From: an uncultured virus (IMG/VR IMGVR_UViG_3300046780_000922)
Lineage: Duplodnaviria; Heunggongvirae; Uroviricota; Caudoviricetes
Virus record (IMG/VR): IMGVR_UViG_3300046780_000922
Length of the DNA stretch: 20,000 nucleotides
Reading direction: 5' to 3' (one strand)
The translations under genes were made by a program, and so were the position numbers. Below, piece by piece: positions 7,799 to 14,355 of this stretch. Under the pieces are notes generated by a model, which saw only the letters and a list, made by a program, of their open reading frames with translations, was not told the DNA's origin and did not search any database. Numbering within the stretch: the stretch's first letter is position 1; each line of letters begins with the position of its first letter.

Positions 7799-8356
7799 TC
7801 AACGACCCTTGCGCTTTCCGAACCCTTGCGCGATCGCCACGGGCACGGTGATGACCGGAAAGAGCCCGCCCATGAGCGCCCACCAGAGCGCCCAGCCGAC
7901 GGAGTTGTTGCGCTTGAAGCCGTGATAGGCGCCGAGGCCAGTACCGATCACGGAGGCCGAACCCCAAGCCGCTGCCGCGACCTTCTCTTGCCACGAGAGC
8001 GCCTTGGTGACGTCCGAGACCGGACCGAGCGAGGAGGGCGTCTGCAAAAGCTGCGAGACAGATGTAGGCCCACTTGCCGCATCATCGCCGAGCCCGATGA
8101 GGCCCGCGAGGCGCCCGAGCTGCGTGACGGGATTGAACTGCGCGAGCGGATAGGTCGGTGCACCCCCGCAGTCCTCGTAAGTGCCCTGCTCGCCGCAACC
8201 CTTCGCAGTCGCCCGCAAGAGGTTCTGCTGCACCTGTGGCGTCACCCCGAACTGTGGGAAGCGGTACTGAAAGACGTACTGCGGATGCGGGGCAAAGGGG
8301 CCCTTGCCGCCGGACTGGATCATCGGACGACCCGAGTATGTAGGATAGAGCGGCAT
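7799..8356 (-). CDS. Membrane protein with C-terminal two-TM hairpin (185 aa)
   Basis: Start reassigned to ATG 8356 (TGATG overlap); LIGLGD motif; TM-AYHGFKRNNSVGWALWW-TM-AQGFGKRKGR. Confidence 0.8.
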   Translation of the reverse strand: MPLYPTYSGRPMIQSGGKGPFAPHPQYVFQYRFPQFGVTPQVQQNLLRATAKGCGEQGTYEDCGGAPTYPLAQFNPVTQLGRLAGLIGLGDDAASGPTSVSQLLQTPSSLGPVSDVTKALSWQEKVAAAAWGSASVIGTGLGAYHGFKRNNSVGWALWWALMGGLFPVITVPVAIAQGFGKRKGR

Positions 8357-8568
8357 CACTTGATCCAAACGCGGCCGTTCTTGTACCAAGCCACCGTTTC
8401 GTACGGCTCACCAGGAACAACGTGCAGCACACGAGCACCATGTGGGCGACGTGATGCCTTCTTGGCAGCTGCTTTCGCAGCTGCTTCACTCACGAAGCAG
8501 CGCGGCGCCTGCGTGATCCCTCCGGCGTCCTTGGTGTATACGCAGAAACGCTTTCGCTTCTTTGCCAC
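8356..8568 (-). CDS. Small basic protein (70 aa)
   Basis: GTG start with GAGGA RBS; FCVY...RCFVSEAAAKAAAKK. Confidence 0.75.
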   Translation of the reverse strand: MAKKRKRFCVYTKDAGGITQAPRCFVSEAAAKAAAKKASRRPHGARVLHVVPGEPYETVAWYKNGRVWIK

Positions 8569-8574
8569 TGATCC

Positions 8575-9186
8575 TCACTTCTTCGGGAGCATGTACGCCG
8601 CATAGACGGCGTCCTGTGCACGGATCTCATCGATCGCAGAGAAGACCTGCGGGTACTCCCACGCCTGCCGCCAGCCGAGGGGATAAGACGGCTCGGGCGC
8701 GAAGTGATCGCCGAACGAGGGCAAGAGGCCCGGGGTGTACGGCGTGCTCGGATAGGGGAGGTTGCGGTAGAGCGGCGTGTACTTGCTCGGGTCGTCGAAG
8801 ACGCGCTGACGCATGATTTCGTCTGACAGCTCGCGACCGAGCTCGCTCATCTCCTGCCACTTGGGCATCTCCACCGTGCCGTGGATCTGACGCAGCGTGG
8901 CGCCCGAGGCGTCGAACGCCTGCGCGTAGGAGTCCGCCGCGCCGCTCCACTCCTGCCACGTCCAGCGGTCCATCTTCTTCCACTGCTGCTGCGCCATGTT
9001 GATCGGCAGCATGTACGCCAGCGGCAGATTCGCGGGGTCCTTCATCGCCTGGAGCGCGTTGACGACCGGCGCCTGCTCCACCGGATAGAGATGGCTACGC
9101 AACGCGTCGATCGGAGCGCGAGACATCACGGTCGGCAGGATGTACCTGCCGCCCGGTCCCCGCCCAAAGCTGCGACCGAAAGTCAC
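8575..9186 (-). CDS. Hypothetical Pro/Tyr/Trp-rich protein (about 203 aa)
   Basis: Start reassigned to GTG 9186, just after the upstream stop (AGAAGGG RBS); the 5' extension in the ORF track overlaps another gene. Confidence 0.7.
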   Translation of the reverse strand: MTFGRSFGRGPGGRYILPTVMSRAPIDALRSHLYPVEQAPVVNALQAMKDPANLPLAYMLPINMAQQQWKKMDRWTWQEWSGAADSYAQAFDASGATLRQIHGTVEMPKWQEMSELGRELSDEIMRQRVFDDPSKYTPLYRNLPYPSTPYTPGLLPSFGDHFAPEPSYPLGWRQAWEYPQVFSAIDEIRAQDAVYAAYMLPKK

Positions 9187-9191
9187 GCTGA

Positions 9192-9545
9192 TCAGCCCTT
9201 CTTCTTGGCGAGCTTCTTCGCAGCCGTGAGCGCACGAGCACGAGTCCGGTACGCCTGAAAGCCACCGACCGTGCTGATCTTCCCACCGCAGGCCATCCGC
9301 ACCGTATACGCCCGCGCATCGTTCGAGCGCGGGCGCTTCTCCGAGGTCACGAAGAACGAACAGCGACAGGTCTTGCCCGGGATGACCTTGTCGATCACGC
9401 GGCTCCCGAAGAACCGCATCGAGCCCTTGTCGAAAAAGTGCGTGCTCACCGCGCTCTTCGAGGCATTCGCCTTGATCTGCGAGATCGACGTCACGCACTT
9501 GCGTGCACGACGCCGACGACGCGACCCACCGCCAGAGAGCGCCAT
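9192..9545 (-). CDS. Phage protein, DUF7447-like, with Arg-rich N-terminal extension (117 aa)
   Basis: HFFDxxSMRFFGSR...FVTSE...RAYTVR...GKISTVGGFQAY pattern recalled from a conserved phage family; the DUF number is from memory. Start ATG 9545. Confidence 0.7.
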   Translation of the reverse strand: MALSGGGSRRRRRARKCVTSISQIKANASKSAVSTHFFDKGSMRFFGSRVIDKVIPGKTCRCSFFVTSEKRPRSNDARAYTVRMACGGKISTVGGFQAYRTRARALTAAKKLAKKKG

Positions 9546-9547
9546 GG

Positions 9548-9793
9548 CTACCGAGCCGCGCGAGCTGCCCGGCCGCGCTTGTAGATGAGCGCCGACTTGA
9601 CGCGATGGCCGGCCTTGCCGCTCACCGCCCGCATCAAGAAGAGATGTGCCGCCTTGGACGTCGCGAAGCACTTCGTGTGCGCCGAGCTCTTCTTGGTGCC
9701 CTTGCGGACGGTCACGCAAATCGGGCCACGCCCGTGCGCCTTCTTCCGACCGAGACCGCTGGTGTGACGACGCCTGCGCTTCTTGTGAGCCAT
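9548..9793 (-). CDS. Small highly basic protein (81 aa)
   Basis: ATG 9793 with AAGGAGA RBS; MAHKKRRRRHTSGLGRKK...ICVTV...KCFATSKAA. Confidence 0.8.
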   Translation of the reverse strand: MAHKKRRRRHTSGLGRKKAHGRGPICVTVRKGTKKSSAHTKCFATSKAAHLFLMRAVSGKAGHRVKSALIYKRGRAARAAR

Positions 9794-9830
9794 CGCGGAG
9801 TCTCCTTGGGCACTGGGCCCTCGAAGACTT

Positions 9831-9858
9831 CCTACCAGGCACGTTTCGAAGCGTTCAG
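9831..9858 (-). promoter_or_regulatory. Bipartite motif copy 3: CTGAACGC-N11-CCTGGTAGG
   Basis: At the head of the structural gene block, 37 nt upstream of ATG 9793. Confidence 0.7.
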
Positions 9859-9861
9859 GGA

Positions 9862-10482
9862 TTATTGGTCGAACATCGGGAAGTCGCGGAACGCGGCCGG
9901 GTTCGGAACGTGCCAGCCAGGAGGCTTCCCGGGAACCGTCATGTCGAGCGGGATGAACGTCTGCGGGTTGTCCTTGGGGCAACCTACGATCGGGAAGACA
10001 TGCTCCCACTGCTCGCCCTGCGTCGAGATCACGCGAGCGAAGCACTGCGTGAAGCCGAGCGCGCGAGCGATCGCACAAACGGCCACGGTCTGATCGTCGC
10101 AGTCGCCCGAACCGGAGAGAAGCGACACCTTGAGCGTGGCGAACGTGTCCGCCGAATCGGGATCGTAGACATAGCGCATGTTCTCTACGAGGAACGTCCA
10201 GATCGCGCCGAGCTCGCAAGCGTCATCCTGCTGCACGCAGACTTCCATCGGCGGCGCATGGAAGCGCTTGCCCCACGCTTCGACGACCGGAAGACGGCGG
10301 CCTGTGCGGGGATCCTCCACGTAATCGAACGTCCCCGAGACGATCTTGCGTGCGAGCATGATCGTCTCGGGGTCCTGGAGACTCTCGTCGACCTGGCGCT
10401 TCACCAGCGCCATGTGGCCGTCGAGGTCATCGGAGAGGAAGAAGCGCGCCTGAGTGACCTGGCCGCGGGCGGGTCTGGGCAT
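9862..10482 (-). CDS. Transglutaminase-like (papain-fold) Cys-His-Asp enzyme, candidate maturation protease
   Basis: MRYVYDP...GDCDD (catalytic Cys)...WEHVF (His)...IPLD (Asp): transglutaminase-like core motifs in order. Confidence 0.85.
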   Translation of the reverse strand: MPRPARGQVTQARFFLSDDLDGHMALVKRQVDESLQDPETIMLARKIVSGTFDYVEDPRTGRRLPVVEAWGKRFHAPPMEVCVQQDDACELGAIWTFLVENMRYVYDPDSADTFATLKVSLLSGSGDCDDQTVAVCAIARALGFTQCFARVISTQGEQWEHVFPIVGCPKDNPQTFIPLDMTVPGKPPGWHVPNPAAFRDFPMFDQ

Positions 10483-10489
10483 GGCCTAG

Positions 10490-10518
10490 AGGCTACGAGA
10501 CGTGGCTCGCAGCGTCAA
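10490..10518 (-). promoter_or_regulatory. Sigma70-type promoter, leaderless start for the transglutaminase-like gene
   Basis: TTGACG-17 nt-TAGCCT, then 7 nt to ATG 10482; no SD sequence. Confidence 0.65.
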
Positions 10519-10603
10519 ACGGCTCGGGCATGGCCTCGGCTACCTGCACACGAACCTCACAACCGACACCCATCTCCATCGTCTCACGCATGCTCACCGC
10601 CCT

Positions 10604-11248
10604 TCAGAGCTTCTGAGCTAGCATGCCGGCGCGGAGCTGTAAATCATTGTCGTGCGATCGGCGGATGACCTTGAAGCCGTTCTCTTCGAGCATCGTGACC
10701 ATGCCCTCGAAGGTGTCAGTGCGCGTGTAGCCGTAGTCGCCGAACTGATCGGTGTCCACAGCCCAACCCTGCGGACCGAGCAGCTTGATGAAAGCCTCAC
10801 GATTGGCGAAGCACACGAGGAAACGACCTTGCGGCCGGAGCACACGAGCGGCCTCGCGAATCGTCTTGATCCAGTCCTCGCGTAAGAGATGGTCGCCCGA
10901 CGAGAAGTCCGTGACCACGTCGAACGATTGGTCCGCATACGGCAGCTCCCGCATGTCCGCGACCTCGAACCGTACGTGAGACGGCCACTGACGATGCGCA
11001 CGACAGCGCTCGATGACTTCATGAACGAAGTCGATCGCCGTCCACGTGTGCGCCAGGTGCGCGAACGCGTCCTCGTCCTCGGGATAGAAGCACCCCAGGT
11101 TGAGCACGTCCTTGCCGTAGAAGAGCACGCCGTGATCGCAGAGCACACGGTCCGCCCACTCCTTCTGCTTGCCCTGCGCACACCAACGCGCGGGGCTCGC
11201 GTACCAGGCGTAGACATGGCGATCGACCATGCTCTTGTCGGTGGCCAT
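10604..11248 (-). CDS. Class I SAM-dependent methyltransferase
   Basis: VLNLGC motif I, VADMRELPYADQSFDVV, EAARVLRPQG; GAGGAG RBS. Confidence 0.9.
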   Translation of the reverse strand: MATDKSMVDRHVYAWYASPARWCAQGKQKEWADRVLCDHGVLFYGKDVLNLGCFYPEDEDAFAHLAHTWTAIDFVHEVIERCRAHRQWPSHVRFEVADMRELPYADQSFDVVTDFSSGDHLLREDWIKTIREAARVLRPQGRFLVCFANREAFIKLLGPQGWAVDTDQFGDYGYTRTDTFEGMVTMLEENGFKVIRRSHDNDLQLRAGMLAQKL

Positions 11249-11263
11249 CAGACGGGCTCCTCA

Positions 11264-11401
11264 CTAAAACGCTGTGTGCTATCCACGCCGATATCTCCTG
11301 GTGACGCTACCATCTCGCGTACCCTCGGCATCCCTTGGGGAGAGCAATCAAAATCTCTCGTACTCGGTAGATCAGCACGTGGATAGCACACAGCGTTCTA
11401 G
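11264..11401. repeat. 24-bp inverted repeat (1 mismatch) enclosing 90 bp; inverton- or MITE-like
   Basis: 11264-11287 CTAAAACGCTGTGTGCTATCCACG versus 11378-11401 CGTGGATAGCACACAGCGTTCTAG. Confidence 0.85.
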
Positions 11402-12486
11402 ACGAACTCTTGATCGACACTCGCCGCGGGCGGCTCGACGAAATCGAACTGGTCCGCGTTGATCATCGTATTGACGGGCTTGTCCCAGCACTGCGGGCAC
11501 TTGGCCATGTCGATCTGCCCACACCGAGAAGCAGCACGACGGAGGATGGCCTCGAGTGGCTCGTCGTAGATCGAACCGAGCGCGGCCTCGTCGCTGTAGG
11601 CGAGCTCGCAGCACGTGTAGACGATACCGTTGGCGCCCAGCTTCGGATTGAACTTCGGGACGTGACACGCGCCGGAGAACGCGCGCTGGTGATGCTGCTT
11701 GAGCTCAGCAATGCGCGCGGACCACTGATCGAGGATTTGGAAGTCCTCCCGCGGATAGAATCCGTGAACCGCACGCAAGCGCTCCGCGATCTGTACTTCT
11801 AGACCAGCGTACGTTGCGCCGGGCTCGCCGACCTCGATGATCGGTTTGTACTGGATGTAACGCGCACCACGCTCATGCGCCGTACGCGCGGCAAGACCGA
11901 TCTCCCGCCAGTTGTCGTTCGTCACGAGGAACGACATGCCGACGTTACAGCCCGCCGCAGCGGCCGTCTCGATGTTGCTCATCGCCTGCTCGAAGTCGTC
12001 CTTGCCTTGGTGCTTCAGGTAGGTCTCACGCGTGCCGGCGTTCACCGAGACACGGACCCACGTGGCCTTGGCAAGCTGCTCGAAAAATGCGGGCTTGTAC
12101 TTACGACCGAGGTGCGTGATCACGCCGAACTTGATGCCCTCGTGTGCCACTTTACGCATCATCCACTCGAACTGCGGATGGAGCGTAGGCTCCCCACCGC
12201 CCACGAACGTGATCGCTTTGCAACCAGCGTGCTTCGCCTCAGTCACAAACCGTGCGAACGTGGCAGCATCGAGCAGCGTGCGCTTGTCCTTGGCCATCTC
12301 CGGGCGGATGACACCGAGCATCGGGTCGATCGGGCCGTCGTAGATGTAGGGACAACCACGGCACGCGTGGTCACATGCGGTCGAGGGGTCGACATCCCAG
12401 TGGATAGGACGCGCGGGCTCGCCCGGCGCGATCTTGAGGATGTCGCGGTAGCGGGCGAGCTTCAGGGGCGTGATCGCGGTCTTCAC
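11398..12486 (-). CDS. Radical SAM enzyme with SPASM/twitch domain
   Basis: CDHACRGC (CxxxCxxC), GGGEPTLHP, C-terminal C...GIVYTCC...LGSI...CPQC. Confidence 0.93.
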   Translation of the reverse strand: MKTAITPLKLARYRDILKIAPGEPARPIHWDVDPSTACDHACRGCPYIYDGPIDPMLGVIRPEMAKDKRTLLDAATFARFVTEAKHAGCKAITFVGGGEPTLHPQFEWMMRKVAHEGIKFGVITHLGRKYKPAFFEQLAKATWVRVSVNAGTRETYLKHQGKDDFEQAMSNIETAAAAGCNVGMSFLVTNDNWREIGLAARTAHERGARYIQYKPIIEVGEPGATYAGLEVQIAERLRAVHGFYPREDFQILDQWSARIAELKQHHQRAFSGACHVPKFNPKLGANGIVYTCCELAYSDEAALGSIYDEPLEAILRRAASRCGQIDMAKCPQCWDKPVNTMINADQFDFVEPPAASVDQEFV

Positions 12487-12716
12487 TCTCGTGCCTCGAG
12501 CGCAGCAGCGATCCGTTCGAGCGCAGTAGCGATGCGATCGAGCACCGTTACGTCAGCACCCGATACCGTTGGTACCACCTCTGGTCCAATGCACTCAGCA
12601 CAGCTAAAACACCGCGTAGGCAAGCGCAGATCCGCCGTCGCTATGGTGTAGTTACACGATGAGCACCTGACGATCGGTACTCCATCGGGTGTAATGCCCT
12701 CAGTGAGCCAGTTCAC
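12483..12716 (-). CDS. Small Zn-ribbon protein (77 aa)
   Basis: CSSC...CFSC, then LDRIATALERIAAALE helix; GTGA overlaps on both sides. Confidence 0.75.
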   Translation of the reverse strand: MNWLTEGITPDGVPIVRCSSCNYTIATADLRLPTRCFSCAECIGPEVVPTVSGADVTVLDRIATALERIAAALEARE

Positions 12717-13468
12717 TTGCGCACCTTGAATGTGCGGAAGTCACGCTCGTTGTACTCGATCGCCGAGACGAACGTAAACCCGTGGTGCTCGAAGAGCTCG
12801 CGACCGCCACCGAGCGAGTAGGACCGTGCGATGCCGCCACCGTCCGTGAAGTGAGAGAAGGCGCGATCGTAGGACCAGCCGCGGGCTACGAGGTGCTCTA
12901 CGCTCATCTGCAAGCGCGAGAAGAGATGCTCCGTGTAGAGCATCGCGTAGAGATGACCACCGGGCTTGAGCACACGATAGAACTCGGCGATCACCTCGTG
13001 CATCGTAGGCTCGGGGATGTGATGGAGCACGCCGTGGCAGTTGATCGAGTCGAAGTAGCCGTCGGCAACACCGATCACTTGCGATGTCTCTAGATACAGC
13101 GCTGTCGCGTTGCGCCCCTGACCTACGACACTCTGCAATGTCACGTTGACGTTCTCAGGCGTGACATCTGCGAACGTGACAGCTGCTCCACGCCGAAGCA
13201 GTGATCGCGTATCCGACCCACCACCACAACCGTACTCGAGTACGCGAGCCGGTTCGTCGTAGAACGGATTCACACGAGCACCATCAGGGAGCAGGATCGT
13301 GCGCTGCCCCTTGCGAGCCTGCTCGTCGAACTCATGCGCGATCGCATGTTGCGGGTAGACGGCCTCTTTATCGGCCGGAAACTTCGAGGCGCAGCTCCAG
13401 AAAGTGCGCGTCTCTTCGATCGACATGTCTCGCTTGTCGCGATCTTCCATCACGCTCTCCGTGCTCAT
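12713..13468 (-). CDS. Class I SAM-dependent methyltransferase (251 aa)
   Basis: VLEYGCGGG, GVLHH, EFYRVLKPGG; start reassigned to ATG 13468 (ATGA overlap). Confidence 0.9.
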   Translation of the reverse strand: MSTESVMEDRDKRDMSIEETRTFWSCASKFPADKEAVYPQHAIAHEFDEQARKGQRTILLPDGARVNPFYDEPARVLEYGCGGGSDTRSLLRRGAAVTFADVTPENVNVTLQSVVGQGRNATALYLETSQVIGVADGYFDSINCHGVLHHIPEPTMHEVIAEFYRVLKPGGHLYAMLYTEHLFSRLQMSVEHLVARGWSYDRAFSHFTDGGGIARSYSLGGGRELFEHHGFTFVSAIEYNERDFRTFKVRK

Positions 13469-14355
13469 CCTGAAAACCCCGCGAGTTCGATCGCCCGGAA
13501 CCAGTAGTGCTCGAGGAACTTGCCCTCTTCGGGCCAGTGCTGACCGAGCACGCCGCCCGTAGCCCGGTTCGAGGGCTTGGGCATGTGGAAGTCGATCGGA
13601 AGAGACCCGGCGGGCCGATGCGGCGTGCCCCCGATGATCATCCCGAGGGGCCAACCACCAGGCCAGTCGGTCGAGCCCACCATCTCGAGCTCACCCTGGC
13701 GCCAGCGACCGTCCATTTGAACGAGCGAACCGGCGGCCCAACGCGAGAGCAGCGTGCGGGCTGAGACGAACTGCTCATCGTAGTCGTGCTGGTCACCACG
13801 ACAGCCGTGCAGGATGCGCCGGGCGAGCTCGATGGGATTGCCCTCGACCGCGGGCCGATAGGGCGTGATGTCCCTCCAGATGTCCCGCTCGAGACCGACG
13901 TAGCACATGGGGAAGCGGAAGAGGCCGGCGAGGCAAGCGATGCCTTTGTCGCCGTCGAGGAGCTGCGTTGCGCCCTCAAGCGGGCCGTAGGCATCCACGC
14001 GAAGGATGAACGCCGGGCCCTGACGATCGAAGAAGGTGCGCGAGAGCGGCGCCATGTCGATGTCAGACGTGATGATCAGATCGTTCGACTCGATGAACGA
14101 GCAGGCGCAGGCCGCGAGCCGAATCATCCGCATCGTGTTGCCGACCGACATCGGGTCGAGCCGGGGTGTCTCGATCACCGGCACGTCATCGGGCAGGTTC
14201 TCGCGAACGAACTGACCGAACGCCGTATCCCAACCTTGGTTGTGGACGAACAGCACCGGCTTGTAACCGAGCTGCTTCCAGATGCGCGTGACGATCGGCG
14301 CGTATACCGCGTAATGCGGGTTGGCGTCCGTAGCGAGCGAGACCCAGCGAGTCAC
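13465..14355 (-). CDS. Putative GT-A fold glycosyltransferase (296 aa)
   Basis: Start reassigned to GTG 14355 (GTGA overlap); RMIRL...IITSDIDMAPL (DxD motif), DYDEQ, DFH; sugar-gene context. Confidence 0.65.
   Translation of the reverse strand: MTRWVSLATDANPHYAVYAPIVTRIWKQLGYKPVLFVHNQGWDTAFGQFVRENLPDDVPVIETPRLDPMSVGNTMRMIRLAACACSFIESNDLIITSDIDMAPLSRTFFDRQGPAFILRVDAYGPLEGATQLLDGDKGIACLAGLFRFPMCYVGLERDIWRDITPYRPAVEGNPIELARRILHGCRGDQHDYDEQFVSARTLLSRWAAGSLVQMDGRWRQGELEMVGSTDWPGGWPLGMIIGGTPHRPAGSLPIDFHMPKPSNRATGGVLGQHWPEEGKFLEHYWFRAIELAGFSG

Noticed and set aside
914..9858. The three-copy motif as CRISPR repeats, att sites or terminators
   Set aside because: Copies are kilobases apart with a variable central spacer, there is no conserved hairpin or U-tract (only copy 1 folds well), and no cas or integrase gene is present
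10493..10591. 32-aa minus-strand ORF MRETMEMGVGCEVRVQVAEAMPEPFDAASHVS
   Set aside because: Short, has no motif and overlaps the predicted promoter; cannot be supported, though not excluded
11398..12716. Radical SAM/SPASM plus a small Cys-rich ORF as a RiPP cluster
   Set aside because: No RRE domain, transporter or leader/core precursor is evident; the small ORF looks like a CxxC Zn-ribbon and the context is sugar enzymes
10604..13468. Methyltransferases as DNA restriction-modification enzymes
   Set aside because: They lack DPPY/NPPY or PCQ catalytic motifs and look like small-molecule or sugar class I methyltransferases
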